Of a stretch of 22,019 bases of DNA, positions 1-10,480 are shown in pieces. The DNA is taken from positions 1 through 22,019 of the forward strand of contig JACQYI010000026.1 in the NCBI GenBank assembly GCA_016208305.1. Reading direction: 5' to 3'. Source of the DNA: Oscillatoriophycideae cyanobacterium NC_groundwater_1537_Pr4_S-0.65um_50_18. Lineage in GTDB: Bacteria; Cyanobacteriota; Cyanobacteriia; Elainellales; Elainellaceae. Under the pieces are notes generated by a model. The model saw only the letters and a list, made by a program, of their open reading frames with translations, was not told where the DNA came from and did no database searches. Each line of letters starts with the position of its first letter. The first letter of the stretch is position 1. Position numbers and translations under genes: made by a program.

Positions 1-56
1 ATTGCCTCAAGGGCAACTTTGGCTTTGAACTCCGCACTGTATTGTTTTCTCTGCAT
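1..56 (-). CDS. Transposase N-terminus (IS3-family OrfA-like HTH), partial: the gene runs off the left edge of the window
   Basis: Reverse complement of 1-56 reads ATG (54-56) MQRKQYSAEFKAKVALEAI. This is the classic 'M.RK.YSAEFK..VAL' start of IS3/IS911-type OrfA transposases. Only 18 codons are visible. Confidence 0.4.
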   Translation of the reverse strand, partial: MQRKQYSAEFKAKVALEA

Positions 57-489
57 TGTCACTGTCCTCTCCGTAGGTTTACGTCCCTTTGGGCAGTGAT
101 TCCACCTTAGCTAATTGTCCAGTTTTCGGGGTACATCATAAAGAAAGATATGAGAAATTTGTGAGGAATCGTCGATTTAAATCTGAAGTTTAATATCTAG
201 AAGGTTGCCCTAGAGAAACTCATAGAGATAGTCTGATAGTTGCTGCAACACAAGACACTCTCTATGGGCTGCTCTCAGCTTGCCATGTCTAAATGCAATC
301 AGTTTTGTATCAGGAGTTAGTCACATATCGAAGCAATGTGTCGCTGAAATTAAACAGCACCTGCGACAGTTGTTTCATGCAACAACGCCTAGCTGTCATA
401 CTAAAATTTTTTTAGTCCTCACAAATCCTTTATTTTGTTTCTCTAAACTCATAGTAGATAAAGAGCGCGATGTGCCCTTTGAAATTGCT

Positions 490-990
490 ATGGTTAGCCC
501 TTCAGCTAATGCTTCCAGGCATCAGCATGTTTCAGTGCTGGTTATTGGCTATGGTAATTGTCTCCGCAGTGATGATGGAGTGGGGCAGTGTATTGCCAAT
601 CGGGTTGCGGAGTGTAAATTTCCTGATGTAAAAGCGATCGCCATCCACCAATTGACTCCTGAACTCAGTGAAGATCTTGCTCACACTAACACAGCCATCT
701 TTGTAGATGCGTCTAGACTTAACCAGCAGAATGTTCAGCTTCAGTCACTGGTGGCATCTCATTCGGGAATGGTATCAGGGCATTGGTGCGATCCACCCAA
801 CTTACTCGCAATGACCCAGGCTCTGTACGGCTATCATCCCTGCTCATGGTGGCTGACGGTTCTAGGACAGCAGTTTGAAGTGGGGGACTGTTTTTCGACG
901 GTCGCAACCCAGGGAGTTGAGGCTGCATTACAAATGATCAGAGTTTTGATTGAAACAGCGAGGACAGAACAATGCACGAAGTTGGAATGA
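490..990 (+). CDS. [NiFe]-hydrogenase maturation C-terminal endopeptidase (HoxW/HupW/HybD family)
   Basis: The 280-990 ORF contains VLVIGYGNCLRSDDGVGQCIANRV, the GxGN...DDGxG signature of hydrogenase maturation proteases. The internal ATG at 490 (MVSPS...) gives a ~166-aa protein of the family's typical size. Upstream residues are low-complexity. The gene overlaps hypA by 19 nt. Confidence 0.8.
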   Translation: MVSPSANASRHQHVSVLVIGYGNCLRSDDGVGQCIANRVAECKFPDVKAIAIHQLTPELSEDLAHTNTAIFVDASRLNQQNVQLQSLVASHSGMVSGHWCDPPNLLAMTQALYGYHPCSWWLTVLGQQFEVGDCFSTVATQGVEAALQMIRVLIETARTEQCTKLE

Positions 991-1313
991 TGCAAAGTGT
1001 CTTGACTTCAGCGATTGAACGTGCGCAGCAAGAAGGAGCAAGCCACATTCGAGTCGTGCAGATGCGAGTTGGGGCTGCCGCTGGAGTGGTGCCAGAATCG
1101 CTAGAACTGGCATTTGAGATAGTGAAAAAAGGGACAATTGCTGAGGATGCGCATCTTGAAATCGATCGCGTTTCCACCCTTTGCTACTGTGCTGACTGTG
1201 GGCTGGAATTTGAACCTGTCAATCTACTCAACGAGTGTCCTCACTGTCATCGCAGCAGTACTGACCTGCGACATGGACAAGAATTTGAACTGGAATTTTT
1301 GGAAGTGTCTTAA
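972..1313 (+). CDS. hypA: Hydrogenase nickel-insertion protein HypA
   Basis: 113 aa with an MHE... N-terminus and two CxxC pairs (CADC...CPHC), as in HypA zinc/nickel metallochaperones. It lies in a hyp gene cluster. Confidence 0.9.
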   Translation: MHEVGMMQSVLTSAIERAQQEGASHIRVVQMRVGAAAGVVPESLELAFEIVKKGTIAEDAHLEIDRVSTLCYCADCGLEFEPVNLLNECPHCHRSSTDLRHGQEFELEFLEVS

Positions 1314-1315
1314 CC

Positions 1316-3652
1316 GTGAGTTTTAAACATCCCCTACTCGTTAACCAAGCCCAACGATTGCGAATTCGCCTGCGGGGAGCTGTTCAGGGTATTGGGTTGC
1401 GCCCATTTGTCTATCGGTTAGCGCAAGAGCTACATCTGGCAGGCTGGGTCAGCAACTCGGCATCTGGAGTAGAGATTGAGGTTGAAGGAGAGCGATCGCA
1501 CCTTGTTACATTCCTGCATTACCTCACACAGGATTATCCCTCACGCGCCAATATTCAAAGCATAGACTACTCAGTATTGAAGCCCATTGGTTATTCGATC
1601 TTTGAGATTCGATCGAGTGTGGAGGGAGCGAAAACAGCTACTATTCTCCCGGATCTGGCAACCTGTTCCGACTGCTTGAAGGATATTCGTGATCCGAACA
1701 ATCGGCGCTATTGCTACCCCTTTACGAATTGCACTCAATGTGGACCTCGGTTCAGCATCATCGAAGCAATTCCTTATGACCGTGCTAGCACCACAATGCG
1801 GTCTTTTCAAATGTGTGACCAGTGCCAAACTGAATACGAGAGTCCGCTAAATCGACGGTTTCACGCTCAACCCAATGCCTGCCCCCAATGCGGTCCCCAT
1901 CTGGAATGTTGGAATGCTCACGGGCAAATTCTGGCAGCCCATAACCAGGCACTTCAAATGACCGCAGAAGCGATTCAGCAGGGGCAGATTGTTGCGGTCA
2001 AAGGATTAGGTGGGTTTCATCTGATGGTTGACGCCAGCAATGATAGGGCTATCCAACGTTTACGGCAGGCAAAACATCGAGACGAGAAACCCTTTGCTCT
2101 GATGTACCCCTCTCTGGATAGGGTCAAAGCCCATTGCCTTGTATCCGATGTCGAAGAAGACTTGTTGTGTTCGCCCTCTGCCCCCATCGTTCTTCTCCAG
2201 TGCAAATCCACTCCTTCTCCTTTTCCCACCGTTGCTCCCAACACTCCCTATCTGGGTATCATGTTGCCCTACACCCCCCTCCATCACCTGCTCATGGCTA
2301 AGCTAGGTATTCCCCTGGTGGCAACCAGTGGCAATCTTGCTGACGAACCGATTTGTACGGATGAACATGAAGCTCTGGAACAATTCGGGCAGATTGCAGC
2401 GGTGTTTCTCATGCATAACCGTCCCATTGCTCGACCCATAGATGATTCGATTGTGCGGGAGATGGCAGGGCAAGAAATGGTGCTGCGGCGCGCAAGGGGA
2501 TATGCTCCTCTTCCCATTCAGGGATTGGATGTCAACTCTACTCTGCTTGCAGTGGGTGCTCATCTCAAAAACGCGATCGCTTTCTCAATTCCTCCGCAGG
2601 TCTTTGTCAGTCAGCATATTGGAGATCTGGCAACGGTGCAAACCTGGGAGGCTTTTCAGAGGGCGATCGCCAGTTTTCAATCCCTATATGACCTGCAACC
2701 CAACGCAATTGCCTGTGATCTCCATCCAGATTATCGGTCTACCCCATTTGCCCACAAACTGGCAGAGCAACTTACCCTTCCCCTTATCCCGGTGCAACAC
2801 CACTATGCTCATGTGCTCTCGTGCATGGCGGAACATCAGCTTTCAGGTTCTATTTTGGGAGTGGCCTGGGATGGTACGGGGTATGGTCTGGATGGCACAA
2901 TCTGGGGTGGCGAATTTCTGCATGTGACAGATACTGCCTTTCAGCGCATAGCCCATCTGCGTCCATTTCCTCTACCGGGAGGGGAAACGGCAGTGAAAGA
3001 ACCGAGACGCGCTGCGATCGGGCTACTCTACGAATTGTTTGGCAATGATGCTTTCGAGATGCAGTCGTTAGCTCCTCTACAGGTCTGTTCATCACAGGAG
3101 TTGCGATGCTTCAAAACTATGTTGAATCAGCAGATAAACACTTCCCTGACTACCAGTGCGGGACGGTTGTTTGATGCGATCGCTTCCCTGATCGGTCTAC
3201 GCCAATCCACTCAATTTGAAGGACAGGCGGCAATGGCATTAGAGTTTGCTATGGGTGAGACAACCAGTGATGAGCTTTATCCGTTCTCTATTCGCGCCTC
3301 TCGCGCCCCAACGTCATCCACTCTCATGATTGACTGGGCAGACTTGGTTCACGCCATGCTTGAGGATATGAGGTCTGAAATGGCTCACTGTCACCTGGCA
3401 ATCAAATTCCACAACACGCTGGTAGAAATGATCGTGCACATTGCGCAACACCTTGGCGAACATCGTATTGTTCTGTCAGGGGGCTGTTTCCAAAACAAAT
3501 ACTTGACGGAGCGCACGATTCAACGATTGCAAGCGGAAGGATTCTGTCCTTACTGGCATCGACGCATCCCACCGAATGACGGAGGCATAGCCGTAGGGCA
3601 AATCCTAGCCGCATTACGGCAACAAGCAGGAGGAAATATTCCATGTGTTTAG
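1316..3652 (+). CDS. hypF: Carbamoyltransferase HypF
   Basis: 778 aa starting at a GTG directly after the hypA stop. It has an N-terminal acylphosphatase-like motif (RIRLRGAVQGIGLRPFVYRLA), two CxxC...CxxC zinc-finger pairs, a YrdC-like region and a Kae1-like region. The length is typical for HypF. Confidence 0.95.
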   Translation: MSFKHPLLVNQAQRLRIRLRGAVQGIGLRPFVYRLAQELHLAGWVSNSASGVEIEVEGERSHLVTFLHYLTQDYPSRANIQSIDYSVLKPIGYSIFEIRSSVEGAKTATILPDLATCSDCLKDIRDPNNRRYCYPFTNCTQCGPRFSIIEAIPYDRASTTMRSFQMCDQCQTEYESPLNRRFHAQPNACPQCGPHLECWNAHGQILAAHNQALQMTAEAIQQGQIVAVKGLGGFHLMVDASNDRAIQRLRQAKHRDEKPFALMYPSLDRVKAHCLVSDVEEDLLCSPSAPIVLLQCKSTPSPFPTVAPNTPYLGIMLPYTPLHHLLMAKLGIPLVATSGNLADEPICTDEHEALEQFGQIAAVFLMHNRPIARPIDDSIVREMAGQEMVLRRARGYAPLPIQGLDVNSTLLAVGAHLKNAIAFSIPPQVFVSQHIGDLATVQTWEAFQRAIASFQSLYDLQPNAIACDLHPDYRSTPFAHKLAEQLTLPLIPVQHHYAHVLSCMAEHQLSGSILGVAWDGTGYGLDGTIWGGEFLHVTDTAFQRIAHLRPFPLPGGETAVKEPRRAAIGLLYELFGNDAFEMQSLAPLQVCSSQELRCFKTMLNQQINTSLTTSAGRLFDAIASLIGLRQSTQFEGQAAMALEFAMGETTSDELYPFSIRASRAPTSSTLMIDWADLVHAMLEDMRSEMAHCHLAIKFHNTLVEMIVHIAQHLGEHRIVLSGGCFQNKYLTERTIQRLQAEGFCPYWHRRIPPNDGGIAVGQILAALRQQAGGNIPCV

Positions 3653-3867
3653 CGGTTCCTGGCAAAATCATCAGTATTCAAGAGCATGACGATCCGCTCC
3701 TACGGACTGGTAAAGTCAGCTTTGGGGGAGTTATGAAAGATGTCAGTCTCGCCTTTATTCCTACTGCCACCGTGAATGATTATGTGATCGTTCATGTCGG
3801 GTTTGCCCTCAGCATTCTTGACCCTGAAGCCGCAGAACAGTCGCTTATCCAGGTATGGGAACTATAG
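3643..3867 (+). CDS. hypC: Hydrogenase assembly chaperone HypC
   Basis: 74 aa beginning MCLAVPGKI..., the invariant MC(L/I)A(I/V)P start of HypC/HupF. It overlaps the hypF 3' end by 10 nt. Confidence 0.9.
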   Translation: MCLAVPGKIISIQEHDDPLLRTGKVSFGGVMKDVSLAFIPTATVNDYVIVHVGFALSILDPEAAEQSLIQVWEL

Positions 3868-3935
3868 ATGGGATTGCGTAGCGATCGCGTGGTGTAACTC
3901 TAGTTTTGGTTCTTTTCGTTGGTAATACAAGAGGT

Positions 3936-5039
3936 ATGAAATTCGTCAATGAGTACCGTGATGCTGATGCAGTCCAGCACTATGCCAGAGCCATTGCTCA
4001 GATAACTACTCGACCTTGGACGATTATGGAAATCTGTGGTGGACAAACCCATACCATCGTGAAGTTTGGTCTTGATCAACTGCTTCCACCTGCCATCACG
4101 CTGATTCACGGACCCGGCTGTCCAGTTTGTGTTACCCCGGTCGAAGTGATTGATCAGGCAATTGCTATTGCCTCTCTCCCCAACGTCATCTTATGTTCGT
4201 TTGGGGATATGTTACGAGTCCCCGGTAGCGAGACAGATTTGCTCACCGTTAAAGCGATAGGTGGCGATATTCGCATCGTGTACTCTCCACTGGATGTTCT
4301 GCGTATTGCCCAAGCTCATCCAACGCAATCGGTTGTCTTCTTCGCCGTTGGATTTGAAACGACTGCCCCTGCCACAGCCATGCTGGTTCACCAGGCGCAA
4401 CAGCAAGGACGGATGAACGTCTCGCTTTTAGTTGCCCATGTCCTTGTTCCTCCGGCAATAGAAGCCATACTTTCCTCGCCCCACAATCAGGTTCAGGGGT
4501 TTCTCGCCGCCGGACATGTCTGTACGGTGATGGGCTACAGCGACTATCTCCCGATTGCCCAGAAATATCAAGTGCCCATCATCGTCACTGGCTTTGAACC
4601 CCTCGACATTCTGCAAGGGATTTATCTCTGTATTCAACAATTAGAGGCAGGGCGATCGCAGGTCGAAAATCAGTATACTCGGTCTGTTCGTCCGTCTGGC
4701 AGTGCAGAAGCGCAACGCCTGATTCACGATGTATTTGCGATCGCTCCTAGAGAATGGCGCGGCATGGGTACAATTCCCGATAGTGGATTAATCCTGCGAG
4801 ATGCGTATGCTGCCTTTGATGCCACGCAACGCTTCAATATGCCGATTCATCATGCAGTCGAATCAGCCGAGTGCATCAGTGGATGGATTCTTCAGGGGGT
4901 GAAAAAGCCCTACGACTGTGACGCATTTGGGACTCGCTGTACCCCTGAACATCCATTAGGGGCACCGATGGTGTCATCTGAGGGAGCTTGTGCCGCCTAT
5001 TATCGTTACCGTCAATCAAGAGAAAGAGTCTATGAGTAG
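3936..5039 (+). CDS. hypD: Hydrogenase maturation factor HypD
   Basis: Contains the HypD motifs GPGCPVCV and C-terminal cysteine clusters. The chosen start is ATG 3936 (MKFVNEYRD...), preceded by aagaggt. The ORF track's upstream extension from 3906 lacks a ribosome-binding site. Confidence 0.93.
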   Translation: MKFVNEYRDADAVQHYARAIAQITTRPWTIMEICGGQTHTIVKFGLDQLLPPAITLIHGPGCPVCVTPVEVIDQAIAIASLPNVILCSFGDMLRVPGSETDLLTVKAIGGDIRIVYSPLDVLRIAQAHPTQSVVFFAVGFETTAPATAMLVHQAQQQGRMNVSLLVAHVLVPPAIEAILSSPHNQVQGFLAAGHVCTVMGYSDYLPIAQKYQVPIIVTGFEPLDILQGIYLCIQQLEAGRSQVENQYTRSVRPSGSAEAQRLIHDVFAIAPREWRGMGTIPDSGLILRDAYAAFDATQRFNMPIHHAVESAECISGWILQGVKKPYDCDAFGTRCTPEHPLGAPMVSSEGACAAYYRYRQSRERVYE

Positions 5040-5241
5040 CCAACGTGAAACACAACAGATCGCTGCCCAATTGCTGAGTGGGTTACTGTCAAATCCTCAT
5101 ATTTATGCCAGCGTCAGTGATGAAGGAACGCATGGGCAGCAAGAACAACAGCTGATGGCGATCGCGATCGAAATGGCAGAGTGCATCATTGGCACCGTGA
5201 ATGAGAGAAGCCACACCAGTCATCAGGATGAATCAGAATGA
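5032..5241 (+). CDS. Small conserved-looking hypothetical protein (69 aa) wedged between hypD and hypE
   Basis: ATG 5032 (MSSQRETQQ...) overlaps the hypD stop. Its own stop overlaps the hypE start (ATGA). Both couplings argue for a real translated gene. It is acidic with no recognisable domain. Confidence 0.5.
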   Translation: MSSQRETQQIAAQLLSGLLSNPHIYASVSDEGTHGQQEQQLMAIAIEMAECIIGTVNERSHTSHQDESE

Positions 5242-6299
5242 TGGAGCAGAACATGGAGCCAACATGCCCCATTCCAATGCAGCAGTATCCCCATATTCTA
5301 TTGGCGCATGGAGGAGGGGGCAAACTATCGCATCAACTGCTTGAGCAGATAGTGATACCTACTTTCAACAACGCTACACTCAATGTTCGGCATGATGCAG
5401 CGTCTTTGGTGATAAAGGGGCAATCTCTCGCCTTTACAACCGACTCCTATGTTGTTCATCCGCTGTTTTTTCCGGGTGGCGATATCGGATCACTGGCAGT
5501 GAATGGAACGGTGAACGATTTAGCTATGGTAGGTGCTCGGCCTTTGTACTTGAGTGTTGCCCTGATTCTAGAGGAGGGGTTGCCGATAGAAACACTGTGG
5601 CGTGTGGTGCAATCTATGCAGTGGGCGGCTCAAAACGCCAAGGTGCAAATTGTTACAGGTGACACTAAGGTTGTTGATCGAGGTAGGGGCGACGGCATAT
5701 TTATCAATACCACTGGTGTGGGAATTATCGAGCATACTCAAACCATTGCCCCCCAACAGGTTCAGCCCGGTGATGTGATAATTGTCAATGGAGACTTGGG
5801 GCGACATGGCATGGCAATCATGGCAGTGCGAGAGGGCTTAGAGTTTGAAACCACGATTGAGAGTGATTCGGCTCCTCTAGCGGATTTAGTATTGCAACTT
5901 CTAGCGGCTGATATTGAGATTCATTGCTTGCGAGATTTAACCCGAGGGGGGTTGGCAAGTGCATTAAACGAAATTGCTCAGGTAGCAGGGGTTGACATTG
6001 CGATCGCTGAATCCCAAATCCCGGTGCAAGAGGATGTGCAGGGGGCATGCGAAATTTTAGGGCTAGACCCCCTTTATGTCGCTAATGAAGGACGATTCGT
6101 TACCTTTGTCCCCTCAAAAGACGCGGAACGAACCCTGGAGATTATGCGGTCTCACAACTCTTTATCGTTGACATGTCAGCCATGCATCATCGGTTTTGTC
6201 AAAAGAACAGGGTCTGGACTGGTGACGATGCAAAGTCGAATTGGCCCACAGCGAATTGTGGATATGTTAAGCGGCGAACAGCTTCCTCGAATTTGCTAA
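5238..6299 (+). CDS. hypE: Carbamoyl dehydratase HypE
   Basis: 353 aa with PurM/AIR-synthase-like HypE motifs (HGGGGKLS..., DLAMVGA). It ends in ...PRIC, the conserved C-terminal cysteine that carries the thiocyanate. Confidence 0.95.
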   Translation: MMEQNMEPTCPIPMQQYPHILLAHGGGGKLSHQLLEQIVIPTFNNATLNVRHDAASLVIKGQSLAFTTDSYVVHPLFFPGGDIGSLAVNGTVNDLAMVGARPLYLSVALILEEGLPIETLWRVVQSMQWAAQNAKVQIVTGDTKVVDRGRGDGIFINTTGVGIIEHTQTIAPQQVQPGDVIIVNGDLGRHGMAIMAVREGLEFETTIESDSAPLADLVLQLLAADIEIHCLRDLTRGGLASALNEIAQVAGVDIAIAESQIPVQEDVQGACEILGLDPLYVANEGRFVTFVPSKDAERTLEIMRSHNSLSLTCQPCIIGFVKRTGSGLVTMQSRIGPQRIVDMLSGEQLPRIC

Positions 6300-6331
6300 C
6301 AGTGAATTCCCAAAGTAGCGGTTAACCTCTT

Positions 6332-6395
6332 TACGTCTCTCCCAACAGATCAATAACCGTCGAAATCGATTCATCCATGAATGCGTTTGTTATGG
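6332..6395. repeat. Copy A of a ~65-bp dispersed direct repeat (partner at 9358-9423)
   Basis: tacgtctctcccaacagatcaataaccgtcgaaatcgattcatccatgaatgcgtttgttatgg versus 9358 tacgtttctcccaacggctcaataactgtcgaaatcgatttatccacaaatgcgttcgctcgatgg. Identity is about 85% in the same orientation. Confidence 0.7.
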
Positions 6396-6416
6396 GGAGT
6401 ATGGGAGGGTTCGCGC

Positions 6417-7271
6417 TTAGGGTGTTTGTAGGCGATCGGGCACGATGTCGATATCTGTTACCGCATAAGGCTGACCATTCAAGCAATTACGAAGTTCATC
6501 TCTCACTCTGATTCCACTATGCCACGTAGTCTGGGCAACAGACTGACCCGCTATGGCGACATCAAAACTCTGGACATCTTCCATCCCTGCCAACGCCGCA
6601 TCAATGGTCGGTACTGCAAAAGCAATCACCCCAAATGGCAGATTTGGCATAGAGTAATTGAACGCCCGCACCGTTGCCGGAGGTTCATCATTTTGAGTCA
6701 GAGTGACTGTAATGGTCTCGACCGTTTCTGGTCGCGGAATAGCTTCCGATGCAAATGTAAGGAGAGACCCATCGTAGTCGCCACCAGGGCCTGACACTGT
6801 GATCATGACGGGTGCGTCGTTGGCGGCTGGGTTCATTGATGCCTTGAAAAAGGAAGCAACACAATAATCGCCTGGTGTAATCTCCTCTGACGTTGCAGTA
6901 GGAAACAGTTTCCAACTGCCTGAGAGATATCTCAGATAATCTGGATCTTGCAATAATTCTAGCTGTTGCTGCATTTGGAGCATGGCATTAGCAGTCTGAA
7001 ATTCTAGCGCCGCAAGATCTGGGTCGTAATAGCTAGAACTCCCGTAATCACCACTCTCTTCATACTCTGGTTGGGCATAGGGATCTGTGTCACACAGGAG
7101 AACCGACGCGACTCCATATCCTCCTTGAGTACTGCCAACGACAATTTCCCCCGGCCCAGCGAAAGAGCAAGGATATTCAGCTTGTGCCTTCGGCGCGAGG
7201 AAAATCATGCTGATAGTAACAGGCAAACTAAGCAGCCCCAGTTTCCTGAACAAATGTATGGATAAGCTCAT
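6417..7271 (-). CDS. Secreted hypothetical protein (signal peptide MSLSIHLFRKLGLLSLPVTISMIFLAPKAQA)
   Basis: Long ORF with a typical Sec signal peptide and an AQA-E cleavage site. The mature part is rich in G, Y and D with several Cys and has no recognisable domain. ATG 7271 was chosen over the upstream GTG. Confidence 0.55.
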   Translation of the reverse strand: MSLSIHLFRKLGLLSLPVTISMIFLAPKAQAEYPCSFAGPGEIVVGSTQGGYGVASVLLCDTDPYAQPEYEESGDYGSSSYYDPDLAALEFQTANAMLQMQQQLELLQDPDYLRYLSGSWKLFPTATSEEITPGDYCVASFFKASMNPAANDAPVMITVSGPGGDYDGSLLTFASEAIPRPETVETITVTLTQNDEPPATVRAFNYSMPNLPFGVIAFAVPTIDAALAGMEDVQSFDVAIAGQSVAQTTWHSGIRVRDELRNCLNGQPYAVTDIDIVPDRLQTP

Positions 7272-7446
7272 CTCTATTCGTGCCCTTTTTTGTCGTTGCT
7301 CAAGCACCTTGATGCCTTTTTTGCTACTTCTAACTACATGCTTATATCTCAGTTTCCTGAGAGCTAGGGATGAATGCTTCTTTCTGGCATAGTGGTTCCA
7401 GATCAGCTAGCTCCTTTCAGCTTAACTCTTTGTAACTTAGAGTAGC

Positions 7447-7695
7447 TCAGGTCAGCGCTTCAGTTCTGGAGCCGCTGCTCCCAAAGGCACATGAGGCTCC
7501 AATGAGAAACCCGAAGTCATACCACCAACCTCGATTATTGATCTCATAGATTCGAACGTTGGCAGCGAAGAGACTTACGATAAACGTGATCGGACAGATC
7601 AGGCCATGCCAAAAGCCCGCCCAGAAACCAGCAGCGTTAGCGCCTGGAAGGTTGTACTTTGAGCCTGGACCCGCTACCGCAAGAATATTGGTCAT
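7447..7695 (-). CDS. Small hypothetical membrane protein (~82 aa)
   Basis: ATG at 7695 is preceded by the strong ribosome-binding site ggaggaaaaacc. The protein has two hydrophobic segments with a GFWAGFW motif. Confidence 0.45.
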   Translation of the reverse strand: MTNILAVAGPGSKYNLPGANAAGFWAGFWHGLICPITFIVSLFAANVRIYEINNRGWWYDFGFLIGASCAFGSSGSRTEALT

Positions 7696-7816
7696 GGTTT
7701 TTCCTCCGCCTAAGGCACTGAATTGTTTGGAAAGCGACCTAATGCCCATCGCCTGCCGCAGAGGAATTCTGCATCATTACCCAATCCACTTGGGCGGTAG
7801 GCGTGCATCGGTGTTG

Positions 7817-8461
7817 CTAGCTAACTGAGTTTTTAATTACTGACACAGGCATAGGTTGGATGACGGAATTGATGATGTTCGGCACTGAAATAGTAAATTG
7901 AGTGCTTATAAAAATAAACCCTGCTAATGCCCCAAACGTTATTTCGTTTTGAATGATTAAGGTAATACCATACAAGAAAATAAACAGTGTAGTGAAGCTG
8001 AGCAGTACACGAGAAGACACTGGAATAATGCCCTGTATTACAGCTTGGATTTGCTTATCTAAAGGAGTTTGACGCATTCTTTGTCTAAACTGTAGGAAGC
8101 AGAAAACACTGTTCCCCAAAGCTACAAGCAAGCAGGCTACAATTGTAAACTTTACGTTATAGAACAACATAGCTGCCAACGATATCAGAATTCTTGGAAG
8201 TTCAACAGCAAGTTGTAAAGAAATCTGCGGCATCCTATTACGGGCAAGCTTTGCAGTGAGAGTGCTGAGAACTAGATCTAAGCTACTAGCAAAGAAAAAA
8301 GTGACTACCGCAATAATAGCGATCGTGACAAGAGCGTCAAGTTCTTCTTGAATTACGATTTTGTCAATGCATATTTGTATTACAAAAAAAGGAATAAAAA
8401 ATGACCAAAGAATTCCAATAAGACCGCTGAGAAGTACAACCCTAGATGGAAATAAAAGCAT
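7817..8461 (-). CDS. Low-GC polytopic membrane protein (214 aa), possibly a truncated exporter-type transmembrane domain
   Basis: ORF in a markedly AT-rich block (~7.8-10.0 kb). It has 5-6 hydrophobic helices and no attached ATPase domain. Family assignment is uncertain. Confidence 0.45.
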   Translation of the reverse strand: MLLFPSRVVLLSGLIGILWSFFIPFFVIQICIDKIVIQEELDALVTIAIIAVVTFFFASSLDLVLSTLTAKLARNRMPQISLQLAVELPRILISLAAMLFYNVKFTIVACLLVALGNSVFCFLQFRQRMRQTPLDKQIQAVIQGIIPVSSRVLLSFTTLFIFLYGITLIIQNEITFGALAGFIFISTQFTISVPNIINSVIQPMPVSVIKNSVS

Positions 8462-9089
8462 ATTTTTCCCTCTTTAAGAATGAGCAATATTAAACAACAT
8501 CGATTTAACCAGATTCGTGTAGATCAGGAATTTTCGTCCTTTACCTTCGCAGTTAATTCAAGTATTTAAAGAGGGTAGACTGAGTTCTAAAAGGTTCACA
8601 GCTAAAGTCTCCTAAATACTATTTCTTCTGTTGCAGATTCTAGGAGGTAATAGTCTTACCTGCCGCAGATAAGTAGGTGGGTGGAATTAATTGTAGGATG
8701 GGTTAGCGATAGCATAATCTATGCGGGCGTTGAGTTACGTGCCTCGACCCAACCTACATAGGCTTCTATTTAATCAGTCCCAGCCACTTAACTATTTGCA
8801 TCGTAGCCAAGCAACTCTCGGCAGTCGGCGTGCCTGGGCGTCGTTAGCTGGCATCTGCTGTCTGCGAATGCGGCTTGAAATGCCAGGTGATTTTTCCGTT
8901 CACGCTCAGGAAAAGCCCTCTCCCTTTGGGCTTGCATAGTAAAGGCTCCCTTGTTCTTTTAGAGTTTTTCTGGGCTTCTAACGCATTAGGGTCTTGAGAG
9001 AGTCCCTAAAAATCATGTTGATTGAAAGGTGTGAGGAATTTGTGAGGTTGGGTTAACACAAAATAAATCTTAAATAGTCGTCCCTGAGA

Positions 9090-9178
9090 GTGCCAATCGC
9101 TTAATTCGGGTTCGTAATGTCAAGTGTTTTCGCGTGGTGTCTTACATCTGGTGATGATGTAAAATACTGGCAGTTGTT
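9090..9178. mobile_element. IS1-family remnant: degraded insB-3'-like segment fused to a solo copy of the IS1 terminal inverted repeat
   Basis: 9090-9135 is ~80% identical to 10572-10616, which lies inside the insB 3' end of the downstream IS. 9139-9178 ggtgtcttacatctggtgatgatgtaaaatactggcagtt is near-identical to the reverse complement of the IS end at 11281-11323. Confidence 0.5.
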
Positions 9179-9357
9179 GACAGCCGCTCAAAAAACCACG
9201 TTGAGAACATTAGGGGCAGTTGAACATTAAGGGAATTTTCACTGAACTCGATCGCTAAACTTCTCATTCTTTCGTTTAACTAAGAGTCTATCCAAAAACC
9301 CGAATTGCCCTTATGGCAGTACATGCGCAAGCTAGGTGGATTATCCCTAGGTAGTTC

Positions 9358-9423
9358 TACGTTTCTCCCAACGGCTCAATAACTGTCGAAATCGATTTAT
9401 CCACAAATGCGTTCGCTCGATGG
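9358..9423. repeat. Copy B of the ~65-bp direct repeat (partner at 6332-6395)
   Basis: See copy A. The conserved core is tctcccaac...caataac.gtcgaaatcgatt.atcca..aatgcgtt. Confidence 0.7.
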
Positions 9424-10480
9424 AATGGCCACTTTTACCCGTTGCCAAACTTAATCAGGTAGCAGAAAAGCAGGATCGCTTTCTGTGCAGACGGTCATTT
9501 CCTAAACGCTCAAATCCAACCACTGCAAGCCTTTCAAAAAATTGATGGTTTTTGGATAGGCTTTTAGCGCCTTTCAGGGAAAGCTTGACGATTTTTGGTT
9601 CATTTCAGTGTAACCCAAACCTTGATTGCCAATTATGAGTCAATCTTCAATGTGTTTTGATACAAATCAACCAGTTCAAACGCTTAGATATACATAATCT
9701 ATCTGCAATCTTTACGCTAATAGGGTTATGGTAAAATCAGCGCTATTATGATTTCCCTGTAAAGATTTTTCTAACGTTAACTCTATCAATTGACAGATTT
9801 TGTAATCATATTTTTTGTAATCATATTAATTGTGTTAGTGTAAGCACTTAATCGCGCTTTTCCTCTATGCTTTCGCTCGTAGTCGATGCATTAGTAATCG
9901 AGTCGAAGGGTAGTCATTTAAGACTTTTTCAAGTTTAGTGGTATTACCGTAGCTCCAATCGTACTCCCTAACTTCGCTGCCAGTTTGGGAGTGGCAAAGG
10001 CTTCACTTTCAGATCAATCTCGTTTTACCCCTATTGGTTCCCTTTAATGTAGGTAAAGAGTGATGATGGTTTCATTACAATCCTCGCAATCGCAACATAC
10101 ATTGGATGTTTTTCAATTCCTGTTCCGGTGCTTTCACGACTTCAAGCAAAGTGTCTATGCGTCTACGCTCTGGGTCTGCGATAGTGGCATAGTGCAGCCT
10201 TTAAGCCTTGACCTGCAAGAATCCAGAACCCTCCTGATTTTGCATGTCCAGTGGCACCATCGCAAAGGTAGTCTTGATCTGCAATTTATCCCAGAAACTA
10301 TTTTAGCGAGAGGCGATCGGCTCGATCCCCACGCAGCCCAGACTGACGCGGGGCCACTCTTGCCCGCTTTCCGGTTCCAAAGTTTGATTCCCTTACCGAA
10401 TTTTATTCAACCTCAGACTGCCATTGCTGAATTAAGTGGTACGACGCTGGGTAATGTCTTACATCTGATGATCACACTCA

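Noticed and set aside
155-168. Shared 11-mer AATTTGTGAGG (also at 9039-9049, with GTGAGG duplicated there) upstream of the hyp operon
   Set aside because: Roughly 50 chance 11-mer coincidences are expected in a 22-kb window. The flanks do not align, so this is not evidence of a regulatory motif.
100-490. Search for NtcA (GTA-N8-TAC) or LexA-type sites in the hyp promoter region
   Set aside because: Only partial matches (GTA-N8-TAG, GTA-N8-AGA) are present. No convincing site was seen by eye.
1571-3095. Several 75-160-aa ORFs on both strands inside hypF
   Set aside because: They lie entirely within the well-supported hypF frame and are antisense or shifted-frame artefacts.
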